Source: a virus. From it: a DNA stretch of 43,263 nt. The notes under the pieces are model-generated. The model did no database searches, had not been told where the DNA came from, and saw only the letters and a list, made by a program, of their open reading frames with translations. The DNA lies in the IMG/VR virus record IMGVR_UViG_3300045988_018894, positions 1-43,263 of that record; one strand, given 5' to 3'. Below are positions 7,312 to 15,595 of the stretch, piece by piece; position 1 is the first letter of the stretch, and each line of letters begins with the position of its first letter. The translations under genes were made by a program, and so were the position numbers.

Positions 7312-7570
7312 TTTCGCCCTCCTCATCGCTATCTTCCAGCATTTCCTTGATCGCTCCGATATTCGCCCGGATAATATCCATCGTCACGTCGCTCTGGATG
7401 TGGTGTGCAAACACGGCCTTGTCCGTTGCGTCTGCCCCATAGTACCCCGTAAAGACGTCGCCGTCGGGCGATGTTGCGGCGATGCACAGGCACACGGGAT
7501 CAAGCTCCGCGATGACCTGCAGCGATTCTTCCAGCCACGCCGCATACGGCTGTTTCGTGATGTCGTTCAT
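7304..7570 (-). CDS. Hypothetical acidic protein (88 aa)
   Basis: The ATG overlaps the upstream stop (GTGATGAAC) and the RBS is GGAGGAGGTGGAG. Confidence 0.6.
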   Translation of the reverse strand: MNDITKQPYAAWLEESLQVIAELDPVCLCIAATSPDGDVFTGYYGADATDKAVFAHHIQSDVTMDIIRANIGAIKEMLEDSDEEGENG

Positions 7571-8100
7571 CACTCCACCTCCTCCACATAGCACCAGATC
7601 TGCGGCGCGCGCTTGATTTTGCCTTCTTCGTGGCAAGCGTTGCATTCGGTCGCCCATTTCGCGTCGCATTCATTGCATTCGCATGGGCGTTCAAACTCGA
7701 TCAACTCTCGCGGTGCGTCGTAGATGCGCAGATCGGAGATGCGCCAGCCGTAGCCCTGGCAATGTCCAAGATAGCCGTGCAACTCATCGTCTGTCATAGC
7801 CACACGCAGGCCACACTTTTCTTCGGCAGCTTGCTTGTAAACGGATAGTCCTCCGGCCTTAAAAAGAAAATCCGTACTATCCTTGTCAATCTTGTAAATC
7901 CGGTCACAGGTAAACTCCCCGATGACTTTGCCGTGCTTTCCCCACGCTCCGAGCGCAACACCGCTCTGCGTGCAGTAGATGTAGCATTTGAACGGCGTGT
8001 CCAACTTCGGGCGAGTCTTTCGCACCTCGATAGTCTTTTCACCGCTGGCAATCTTCTCGCACCACTTCGGGCGGACGCTCAGCATGACAGCCTTACTCAT
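7570..8100 (-). CDS. ASCH-domain-like protein with C-terminal Cys cluster (176 aa)
   Basis: N-terminus MSKAVMLSVRPKWCEKIASGEKTIEVRKTRP resembles an ASCH fold. C-terminal cluster CECNECDAKWATECNACH. Confidence 0.55.
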   Translation of the reverse strand: MSKAVMLSVRPKWCEKIASGEKTIEVRKTRPKLDTPFKCYIYCTQSGVALGAWGKHGKVIGEFTCDRIYKIDKDSTDFLFKAGGLSVYKQAAEEKCGLRVAMTDDELHGYLGHCQGYGWRISDLRIYDAPRELIEFERPCECNECDAKWATECNACHEEGKIKRAPQIWCYVEEVE

Positions 8101-8474
8101 TTCTTCATCGCCTCCAATGCTTTCTCCGCCTCCTCGCGGGTTAGGAATACGGTTTTGCCGATTTCTCCGGCGTTTATACCTGACAGAGATTGCCAAACAA
8201 ACCCTTCTACAATGTCCCACTCGATAAACAAGCCGAACAATTCCACGAGGATGGCTCTAACTCTGTACACACTGATCGTTTTTCGACCCGTTACTTCGTA
8301 AAGCCTATCGCCCACCTTGCACGGCAGCACCACCAACCGCCCATCCCTGTCTGCTTTCAACAGATCCCGAATCAGTTCTGCCTTTGATGTGTCATCGCTA
8401 AAGGCAGATTCGATTATGGCCTTTGCGTTTTCGCACGATGTTTGCTTGCTATGTTTTGTCAGTCGTTCCATCAT
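8097..8474 (-). CDS. Hypothetical protein (125 aa), MERLTKHSKQTS-type N-terminus (paralogous 5' end with 11819..12142)
   Basis: RBS GGAGGTGG. Contains GRLVVLPCKVGD and FLTREEAEKALE motifs. Confidence 0.65.
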   Translation of the reverse strand: MMERLTKHSKQTSCENAKAIIESAFSDDTSKAELIRDLLKADRDGRLVVLPCKVGDRLYEVTGRKTISVYRVRAILVELFGLFIEWDIVEGFVWQSLSGINAGEIGKTVFLTREEAEKALEAMKK

Positions 8475-8833
8475 TCCACCTCCTGCCCCCAGAACTTCTT
8501 ACGACAGTCCATGCACATCATTCCCGTTGCGCATTTATCTTCCGGCGTTCTGTATTGTATTGGGTTCATCTGGCACGGCAAAATAGTCAGCACGCCGCGT
8601 TCGTCAAGCCTTGCCGCGGGCCACCGCGCCAAGAACTCGCTCTGCCGCGTCTTGCACGGATGCTCCTCCGCCCACTTCTCCACGACGGCCACGCTCTCCT
8701 TTGGGTGATCCATGCACCACTCATTGCAGTCTGGCAGGTACTCCAGCCGATGCACTGCAAACAATGGGCAACCGGCGCACGGGTGACCATAGCACATTCT
8801 TTTTCGCTCTTCGATAAACTTCACTGCATCCAT
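8471..8833 (-). CDS. Cys-rich hypothetical protein (120 aa)
   Basis: ATG at 8833 follows AAGGGAG. Multiple Cys/His pairs. Confidence 0.6.
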   Translation of the reverse strand: MDAVKFIEERKRMCYGHPCAGCPLFAVHRLEYLPDCNEWCMDHPKESVAVVEKWAEEHPCKTRQSEFLARWPAARLDERGVLTILPCQMNPIQYRTPEDKCATGMMCMDCRKKFWGQEVE

Positions 8834-8834
8834 T

Positions 8835-9026
8835 TTATTCTCCCTTCTCCAGCATGTCCGCCGCCGCCCGCAGATCATCCGGCAGCATAATTGGAACCTC
8901 ATAGATATTCGCCTCAGCCCACTCCGCGTATTCGCGCAGCATCGCAATAAGCCCCTCCCGCGTCGGCTTTTCAGCGATCGCGTCAGCCATTGCGCCCATA
9001 AACGTTCGGTCGTCAGTCAGTCCCAT
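8835..9026 (-). CDS. Hypothetical protein (63 aa)
   Basis: ATG at 9026 follows GGAGGCGGCG and overlaps the end of the upstream gene by 14 nt. Confidence 0.5.
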   Translation of the reverse strand: MGLTDDRTFMGAMADAIAEKPTREGLIAMLREYAEWAEANIYEVPIMLPDDLRAAADMLEKGE

Positions 9027-9915
9027 CGCCGCCTCCAAAAAGATCCATCTGCCCGCTGATAATGCCATCCTCCATCCACCAGTGCCACCATGACATGATA
9101 TCTCCCTTTGCGGCCTGCTTTGGGTGCTTATCAAGATAGTGCTGCAGCGCCCGCATATACGCATCCTGATATTTCGGCCAACGCGCGAACTCGCTGGATC
9201 TGGCCGCGCCGCCTATCGGGCAGCCTACGCACCCCACGCGGTTAAATCCCATGTCGTAGCAGGGGTTATAAGCAAGGTTCTCGCCCCGGATAAACTCCCA
9301 CACGTCGGTATTTGCCCAGTGGATGATCGGGTTTACGATCGTGCCGCCCCGCACTTTGCACGCAGAAATAAACTTGTCATCATGCTCGATGGAGCTGCGA
9401 CGCACATCGTCCTCAAACAGTTCCGCCGCGTTTTCTGCGTTGATCCTGTAGCTGTCCGCCTTGGTCTTTCCGCGCGTCTCAAGTTCCCCTCGAGATGCTC
9501 GCTGCGAACTCTCGTCGGCGCGAACGCCTGTCGCGATAGCCCGGTTTGCCCCGTGCGTCTCTTTGAGCACCGCGCAGCAAAATCGCCGCAACCTTGTCGG
9601 CAAGCCTTTATCGCCGATCAACTTCCACATGCTCGTGCGCTCTCCCTTGTACGTCGGCATGTTTACATAGCACTTCACGCCCGCCAGTTCCAACTCGTGC
9701 ATCTGCTGGCGCACATACCGCACGGTTTCCGGCGCATCCGCCGTCGTGTGCGAGTGCTGTACCTCGTAAGGGATTCCCGCGCGCCTTGCAAGCTCCAGCA
9801 GCACAAGGCTGTCTTTGCCGCCGGAATTGCAGATAAGCAGTGGCTGCTTGTAGTAGTGCAGGCTCATTCGGCTGCCGAGCTGCAAAAGGTTGATTGCCTG
9901 CTGTTCTTTATCCAT
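9013..9915 (-). CDS. PAPS reductase / PP-loop ATP-pyrophosphatase family protein (300 aa)
   Basis: PP-loop NSGGKDS near the N-terminus and a C-terminal Cys cluster NPCYDMGFNRVGCVGCP. Confidence 0.75.
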   Translation of the reverse strand: MDKEQQAINLLQLGSRMSLHYYKQPLLICNSGGKDSLVLLELARRAGIPYEVQHSHTTADAPETVRYVRQQMHELELAGVKCYVNMPTYKGERTSMWKLIGDKGLPTRLRRFCCAVLKETHGANRAIATGVRADESSQRASRGELETRGKTKADSYRINAENAAELFEDDVRRSSIEHDDKFISACKVRGGTIVNPIIHWANTDVWEFIRGENLAYNPCYDMGFNRVGCVGCPIGGAARSSEFARWPKYQDAYMRALQHYLDKHPKQAAKGDIMSWWHWWMEDGIISGQMDLFGGGDGTD

Positions 9916-9958
9916 TTCTTACCCCTTTCACACCGCCACGATCTCGTCTCTTGTCATG

Positions 9959-11815
9959 TCATTCCTCCCCAAACCACTTTTTCGTCACTGCGATGGGGAA
10001 CGGCTCGATCTCGCTTGCCCACCGCGCCGTGCCTTTCCCGTGTATGCGCTCCCAGATCAGCGGGAACCCTCCGATGCCGTCGAACAAGCTCCCCAGCGTC
10101 GCGCCCTCCGGCAGATACCGCGCCATGCGCCGCAGCATCCATGCCCAGAAGGGAAGGGCGATAGAATTGCCCAGCGCCTTATAGCGCGGGCTGTCCGCAC
10201 TTCCTTTCACTTTTATTTCGCGCCCGCGTTTATCTGTTTTAACCCAATCTCCAATGTCTGTCCATCCGTCCGGGAATCCTTGCAGCCGTTCGCACTCCAT
10301 CGGGGTCAGACGGCGCACCACCATGTGCTGCCGGACCGTGTTGTTCAGGTTAAGGCTCTGCCCGCTTTCTTTCGCTTGAAGCGTGCCGTTTACCTCTCCG
10401 CCCTCTCGGAAATTGCGGCAGTCTACGCTTGCGACATACGCTGACATATCTGCGCGGTATGGGTCGTTTCCTTTTGCCCTTAGAGATGGGGATATTTCGC
10501 TCGACACTACCAGCATATCGTTGTATGCGTCCTGCCCGTTGTAGCTCCCGGCATGAGCGCCGGGGGAAAGCGTACCCGTCACAGCTTGGTATGTCAGCGG
10601 CACTTGATTTCCGCCTGTTCCCATTCGTGCCTGCAGGCTTGGTGCCTGCTCCCCGCACTCGCGGATGACGTCGCAGGCGTGTGTCATGTCCAGCGCCACC
10701 ACTGCTGGTTTATTCCCGCCGCACTCGGCATTCAGTGTAGGGGACAGCTCCTCCTGATAGCCGATGCTCCGTGCCTGTTCACTGTTGCCCAGCTTAAACC
10801 CGGCACATAGTACGCTGTCCCGTGCCATGCCGCCGTTCTCGTTGGCATTCAGACTGTGCCATACGCCATTCTGATCGTACACCCTTGCGCTCTGCGCATC
10901 CCAAGGATTCATGCACGAAACCTCCGCGCACACAGCAGGGCGGTCTATTGTGTTCAGCGTGTAACTCTCGTCCGCTTTCCATCCCTTACCGTTGCATCCG
11001 GCGGTATCGGCGCGGTCAATGCCGTTGCCTTGCAGGCAGAAAACCGTCTGATCGTTTCCCGTGCCCAGCGTTCCGCTTTTCTCTGCCGTCACACCCCCGG
11101 ATGCGGACTGCAATACGATGTTTGGGCCTCTGTCGGCGCAGGGGCTTCCGTCCGCTCTTGCGGTGAGGCTCCTTGCGACTGCCGGATTAAAACCGCTTTC
11201 AGCCGCTCCGGCAAATCCTTCCCCCGCCGCTCCGCTCTCCGCAGGATGCCCAGACACGCTTTCGCGGTCAAATTGTATTTGGGCAGCGGATTCACCTCCA
11301 AAATCTGCGACAACCGAGATTCTTCGGCGACGCTGTGGGGTCCCCAGACGGATAACACCTCCTGTACGGCTGTCTCGGATGGTTTTTCCCCAGTCCTTAG
11401 CGTCGTGAGTTCGCCAAGCGATAGACCACCCATCACCGTCAATGGCTCCTGTTTTTGTCCATTTCCACTTTTCCGGCAGTCCAGATAGAGAAAATCCTGG
11501 TTCTGCGATACGCGCAATTTCTTCCAGCACGGCTGCAAAGTCTTTTCCTTTGTTGCTGCTGAATGCGCCGACAACGTTCTCCCAAACGAGAAACCGAGGT
11601 CGGACCATGTCACCTGTCCGTCCATTCCGTTTGTCCTCCTCCCTCATTTCTTTTACGATGCGCACCTGCTCCATAAACAGGCCGCTTCGCGCTCCCGCCA
11701 AACCGGCGCGTTTTCCGGCGATGGATAGATCCTGACACGGGCTGCCGCCCGTCACCACCCACACCGGCTCAATCTCCGCACCGTTTATCTTGCAGATGTC
11801 TCCCAAATGAACCAT
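9959..11815 (-). CDS. DNA (cytosine-5)-methyltransferase, 618 aa, with atypical motif order and a very long variable region
   Basis: The N-terminal part carries GGSPCQDLS (motif IV), WENV (VI) and QRRRR (VIII). RRLTPMECERLQGFPDGWT and GNSI (IX/X) lie near the C-terminus. SLFDGIGGF (motif I) and ASEIEP (II) fall in the last 48 residues. Confidence 0.85.
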   Translation of the reverse strand: MVHLGDICKINGAEIEPVWVVTGGSPCQDLSIAGKRAGLAGARSGLFMEQVRIVKEMREEDKRNGRTGDMVRPRFLVWENVVGAFSSNKGKDFAAVLEEIARIAEPGFSLSGLPEKWKWTKTGAIDGDGWSIAWRTHDAKDWGKTIRDSRTGGVIRLGTPQRRRRISVVADFGGESAAQIQFDRESVSGHPAESGAAGEGFAGAAESGFNPAVARSLTARADGSPCADRGPNIVLQSASGGVTAEKSGTLGTGNDQTVFCLQGNGIDRADTAGCNGKGWKADESYTLNTIDRPAVCAEVSCMNPWDAQSARVYDQNGVWHSLNANENGGMARDSVLCAGFKLGNSEQARSIGYQEELSPTLNAECGGNKPAVVALDMTHACDVIRECGEQAPSLQARMGTGGNQVPLTYQAVTGTLSPGAHAGSYNGQDAYNDMLVVSSEISPSLRAKGNDPYRADMSAYVASVDCRNFREGGEVNGTLQAKESGQSLNLNNTVRQHMVVRRLTPMECERLQGFPDGWTDIGDWVKTDKRGREIKVKGSADSPRYKALGNSIALPFWAWMLRRMARYLPEGATLGSLFDGIGGFPLIWERIHGKGTARWASEIEPFPIAVTKKWFGEE

Positions 11816-11818
11816 ATC

Positions 11819-12142
11819 TCAACCTCCAGACACCACGCCGCACTCGTCCTTCGGCACCATCGCCGCAACATCTGCGGCGGCCAACTCGCGCAGGCGGTCG
11901 ATGCCGCCACATTCTCCGATCACCGTGCAAAGGTCGCTCCAATCTTTTTGAAGTGCGGTCACGTACTCCGGCTCCAGCCCCGTGTCCTCGTATGCGGCGA
12001 GGCGGCTCCACGCCGCTTCTTCCCACTTGCAATTCATGGCGCAGTTGCCACCAACTTCGCGGCATTCGGGACCGTAAAAATGTGTGCAACAGATACCGTT
12101 TTCGTGCGATGTTTGCTTGCTATGTTTTGTCAGTCGTTCCAT
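11819..12142 (-). CDS. Hypothetical Cys-rich protein (107 aa), MERLTKHSKQTS-type N-terminus
   Basis: Its 5' 45 nt are nearly identical to those of 8097..8474. Contains an AAYEDTGLEPE motif. Confidence 0.65.
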   Translation of the reverse strand: MERLTKHSKQTSHENGICCTHFYGPECREVGGNCAMNCKWEEAAWSRLAAYEDTGLEPEYVTALQKDWSDLCTVIGECGGIDRLRELAAADVAAMVPKDECGVVSGG

Positions 12143-12143
12143 A

Positions 12144-12311
12144 CTATTTTTTACCCTCCTTTATCATTTTCGCGACGATGGGCCACGCCGCTTTAAACCA
12201 TTTTCCCCAGCGGCGGCATACGCGCCCGTTATCATGGCAAACCGGCTCACGCGGGCAAACCGCGCACGGGGACTGTGGGACGGGGGACTGCGCGTCTGCA
12301 TGGATCACCAT
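12144..12311 (-). CDS. Small Cys-rich protein (55 aa)
   Basis: The ATG at 12311 overlaps the RusA-like stop (CAATGGTGA). Confidence 0.45.
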   Translation of the reverse strand: MVIHADAQSPVPQSPCAVCPREPVCHDNGRVCRRWGKWFKAAWPIVAKMIKEGKK

Positions 12312-12679
12312 TGCGTCACCTCCACTTTGATAGATCCGCCATGCCACACCTCATGCGTGACACGACGCACCCACCTTTGGTTGTCGTCCGGCAGGATCCA
12401 GCCCTTTAGGGCGTCGACGATTGCCTTGCCGATGACGGCATGGTTGTCGATATCGAGGCGATCGTCCCACAAAAACCGGATTGATACCGGAGCAGACGTC
12501 AGGCGACGCGGGATACCGGCTTTGCGCAGCGCTGCGCGGGTGATTGCGTGCAGCTCCTCCGCATCGCGCTTGCGCTGTTGCCAGCACTTGCCGGCGTAGT
12601 AGGCATTTAACCCGTAGCGCTTGTTCCACGCGGCCTTCCCGCGCTGCGTCGGCGGGTATTGGATTGTAAACTCAGTCAT
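12305..12679 (-). CDS. rusA: RusA-like Holliday junction resolvase (124 aa)
   Basis: DIDNHAVIGKAIVDALKGWILPDDNQ matches the RusA D-x-D-N...K...D...DD signature. Confidence 0.7.
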   Translation of the reverse strand: MTEFTIQYPPTQRGKAAWNKRYGLNAYYAGKCWQQRKRDAEELHAITRAALRKAGIPRRLTSAPVSIRFLWDDRLDIDNHAVIGKAIVDALKGWILPDDNQRWVRRVTHEVWHGGSIKVEVTQW

Positions 12680-13323
12680 ATGTCACCCCACGTCATGTAT
12701 TTTTCCAGATTCGCGCCCGCGTAATTGCAGTCCGGCAGGCCACGGCTTTTAGGCGGCGGGGATTTGGCGAGGCGATCAAAAATGATCCCCTGCCAATTGC
12801 TGGACATGCACCTGTTGATCAAGTCGACCACGGCCTGATCCCCGTACTTCTCGGCATTGTGCCGGATCTCGGAGACGAGGGCGCGTAACCCCTCCGGTTT
12901 GTAGGCTTGATTTTTCTCTGATTTATACCGGATCCACGACTCCACCGCACCCCGCAGCGCCGGAGAGAGTCCGCTCAGATCCGGCGCCGGGGTTCGGCAC
13001 ACCTCTTTTTTGGGCAGATTTGCTGGGGGCTGTGGGGTCGGAGGAGGATCCTCGCGCTTAACCGGCTTCTGCGGTGGATCCTTTTTTGGATGCGCCCCGC
13101 CGGCACGTCCTGCGGCAGCTTTTTTCTGCGCGCGGACAAGCTGGGGCAGGATCAGCTCCACGGCGACCGCCACGATGGGTGGGAGAACGTTGAGGTCCGG
13201 CAGCTCTCCGGCCAGCGCGAACCGCTGGAGCGCGTCATAAAATGCGCACCGCTCGACCGGATCCTCGATCCGGTCGGCGGCGCGGGCGTATGCGGATGTA
13301 AAGGCAAACTGCTCCCGCTCCAT
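12676..13323 (-). CDS. DUF6291-like / replisome-organiser-like protein (215 aa)
   Basis: The N-terminal pattern FAFTSAYARAADRI...FYDALQRFALAGELP...ILPQL and the C-terminal pattern W..Y...K...Y...G...W.GIIF are recalled from phage replication-organiser proteins. A Pro/Lys-rich linker joins them. Confidence 0.45.
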   Translation of the reverse strand: MEREQFAFTSAYARAADRIEDPVERCAFYDALQRFALAGELPDLNVLPPIVAVAVELILPQLVRAQKKAAAGRAGGAHPKKDPPQKPVKREDPPPTPQPPANLPKKEVCRTPAPDLSGLSPALRGAVESWIRYKSEKNQAYKPEGLRALVSEIRHNAEKYGDQAVVDLINRCMSSNWQGIIFDRLAKSPPPKSRGLPDCNYAGANLEKYMTWGDI

Positions 13324-13332
13324 TGCTCCTCC

Positions 13333-13746
13333 TTAAAACGGAATATCTCCGTCCTCGTCTGCCTCATCAAATCCGGCTGCAGACACGTCTATGGGTCTTC
13401 CGGCGGGCTTTACGGCATCCCGCTGTTTGGATCCTCCGGCAAAGTAAACGCTCTCTGCGGCGATCTCGACCGCCGTGCGCCTGGATCCGTCTTTGGCCTG
13501 ATATGCTCTGGACTGGATCCGGCCGGTTACGACGATCGGATCGCCCTTCGCAAAGTAGCGGGTGACAAACTCGGCGGTCTGACGCCACGCGACCACGTCG
13601 ATGAAGTCCGTCTCCTTGTCGCCGGACTGGGACTTGAAGTCGCGGTCGACGGCCAGAGAAAAGCCGGTGACAGGGGTTCCGGACTGCGTTCTGCGCAGCT
13701 CGGGGTCGCGGGTCAGGCGACCCATAATGACAATCTTATTGAGCAT
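13333..13746 (-). CDS. ssb: Single-stranded DNA-binding protein (137 aa)
   Basis: OB-fold N-terminus MLNKIVIMGRLTRDPELR and acidic tail DEADEDGDIPF. Confidence 0.95.
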   Translation of the reverse strand: MLNKIVIMGRLTRDPELRRTQSGTPVTGFSLAVDRDFKSQSGDKETDFIDVVAWRQTAEFVTRYFAKGDPIVVTGRIQSRAYQAKDGSRRTAVEIAAESVYFAGGSKQRDAVKPAGRPIDVSAAGFDEADEDGDIPF

Positions 13747-14190
13747 TTACTTGTCCTCCGTCCCGAGTGTGCGCTGCTCGGAGAATTTGTAGATCAGGTG
13801 GGCGGCGTAGGAGATCGCCTGTGCCAGATCCAGCTCGGACGATCCACGCAGCTTGCTCCACGCGTAGGAGATCTCCTTGCCGCCATCGCAAAGGGCGAGA
13901 CGGATGCGATCCGGCTTTGTCTGCAGAGTGAGACTGTACCGCCCGCCGGGGGCGTGATACACCTCCGTTTTGGGCGGCGTCTCCCGCGCCAGAAACGCGT
14001 CAGGATCAACACCGGCGACCTCCACAAGCAGCGGATACGCCGATGCAGAGATCGAACCTCTCGCGAGGACGTTGGAAAAATACGACTGGGTGCGCCCCAT
14101 GCGGCGCGCAAGATCGGCCATCGTGTAGCCGCTGGCCACGCAGTGTCTGCGGATGGCCTCCGCGTTGATTTTTACATACGCTGATTTCAT
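13747..14190 (-). CDS. HTH DNA-binding protein (147 aa)
   Basis: N-terminal XRE-like HTH GYTMADLARRMGRTQSYFSNVL. Confidence 0.6.
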   Translation of the reverse strand: MKSAYVKINAEAIRRHCVASGYTMADLARRMGRTQSYFSNVLARGSISASAYPLLVEVAGVDPDAFLARETPPKTEVYHAPGGRYSLTLQTKPDRIRLALCDGGKEISYAWSKLRGSSELDLAQAISYAAHLIYKFSEQRTLGTEDK

Positions 14191-14208
14191 GTTGCTGTCT
14201 CCTTTTTG

Positions 14209-14484
14209 TTACAGATAGTTTTTACCAAATGCGCGGATAAAATCATCCACGCTCCAACCCTGCTCCTGCATACACTTCAGCTGACCGTAACGGCGCAGAC
14301 GGCGCATCTGGTCCCCGTTACGGTGGACGGAGGACGGGCCAAAGATGTGGCATCTGTTATGGCACAGGTACACAGTCAGCCCGTAGACCTCGCTTTTGCG
14401 GCGGTACGCGCCGCCGAAGATGTGATGCTCGTCAAGCGGATCATCCGCACCGTTGCGCCCACACAAAAAACATCTGCGCTCCAT
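14209..14484 (-). CDS. NinG/HNH-like zinc-finger protein (91 aa)
   Basis: CFLCG...DEHHIFGG..R..S..YGL...LCHNRCH pattern. Confidence 0.5.
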   Translation of the reverse strand: MERRCFLCGRNGADDPLDEHHIFGGAYRRKSEVYGLTVYLCHNRCHIFGPSSVHRNGDQMRRLRRYGQLKCMQEQGWSVDDFIRAFGKNYL

Positions 14485-14486
14485 CG

Positions 14487-15020
14487 TCACCGCCCTCCCC
14501 ACTGCTCAAGCAGGAGAGACTGCTCCCGCGCGGAGAGCGTCTCAATCCCCGCCGCCTTGCAGTCCGCGACAACTTGCTCGATCAGCTGGGACATTTGGCG
14601 CGTATCATACGTCGACGAGCCATACCATAGGCGCACGTTGATCATCCCCCCCAGTTTGGACGGGAACTGATCGGCCATCCAGCCGATGCCGTTGTGCGCC
14701 CACTCGCGGCAGAGCTTGTCTGCGGCAGAGGCCTTAACGCACACCACGTCATACGCGCCGCCGATCATACGGATCTGCTCACGGTAGATCTCGTCAGGCG
14801 GCAGGGAGTAGTGATCTGCCAGGCGGTTTACCAGCGCCCAATAGTAGGCGTTTGCGTCGAGGCTGCGCCCTTTGCGGGTAATCTTGGCCGTATATTCCCG
14901 CTCCGGACGGAGCGCGTCGCAGACGGCCATCGCGCTTTGCGGGGACGATACGCGCAAGCAGAGCCACGCGCCGTCAGAGTCCTGCTGCCAGCGCGCGCCG
15001 GACACTGTCACCTGCTGCAT
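14487..15020 (-). CDS. ninB: NinB/Orf-family recombination mediator (177 aa)
   Basis: RSLDANAYYWALV and YGSSTYDTRQMSQLIEQVVADCKAAGIE parallel lambda NinB RSLDQNRKLWACL and GQSTSRMRVGEFAELLE. Confidence 0.75.
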   Translation of the reverse strand: MQQVTVSGARWQQDSDGAWLCLRVSSPQSAMAVCDALRPEREYTAKITRKGRSLDANAYYWALVNRLADHYSLPPDEIYREQIRMIGGAYDVVCVKASAADKLCREWAHNGIGWMADQFPSKLGGMINVRLWYGSSTYDTRQMSQLIEQVVADCKAAGIETLSAREQSLLLEQWGGR

Positions 15021-15595
15021 GGGATATCCTCCTCTCGCGGCCAGCGGCCACACTTGAGGCACGCCGCCAGGTATTTTAGCCGCGGGAGATACGCCCGCTC
15101 GATCCACTCCGCATCATACGGGATCGGGTGCCTGGATATCCGGTCCATTTGGATCGGGAGGAAGTAGTTGCCGTACTCGGCATCCGTGAGCCGGTAGGCG
15201 ATGATCTGGCACTCCTTCCGGCGGCGGAGTCCGTGGCCGGAGGCGAACATCTCGACCTGACACTGCTGGCGATACGCCTTTGAGACGGCAAAGGGCTTAT
15301 CGCCCTTGTGCGTTTTGACCTCGCAGATCGTTGCAGGGGTCTCGCCGTCGAGGTTTACGCGGAGCCTGAGCGACGGGATGCGGATCTGGCGGTCACGCTC
15401 CACGATGCCGAGCGCGTCGAGGATGCGATGCTCATACGCCGTCCCCGCCCGCATAGCGGGCGAGGAGAAGGTCTCCGCGCGGATGCCGAGCTTCACCGCC
15501 CACCAGCGCCGGAACGACTCGGTGTCCCACGCGCGCATGATCTGCGCCGTGTCACTGGCGCCAAACCAGCCGGAGCGATCCTGATCGTGGATCAT
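15008..15595 (-). CDS. YqaJ-like (lambda-exonuclease-fold) recombination exonuclease (195 aa)
   Basis: WFGASDTAQIM, GTAYEHRI, NLDG and EVKT motifs typical of PD-(D/E)xK YqaJ proteins. Confidence 0.8.
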   Translation of the reverse strand: MIHDQDRSGWFGASDTAQIMRAWDTESFRRWWAVKLGIRAETFSSPAMRAGTAYEHRILDALGIVERDRQIRIPSLRLRVNLDGETPATICEVKTHKGDKPFAVSKAYRQQCQVEMFASGHGLRRRKECQIIAYRLTDAEYGNYFLPIQMDRISRHPIPYDAEWIERAYLPRLKYLAACLKCGRWPREEDIPCSR

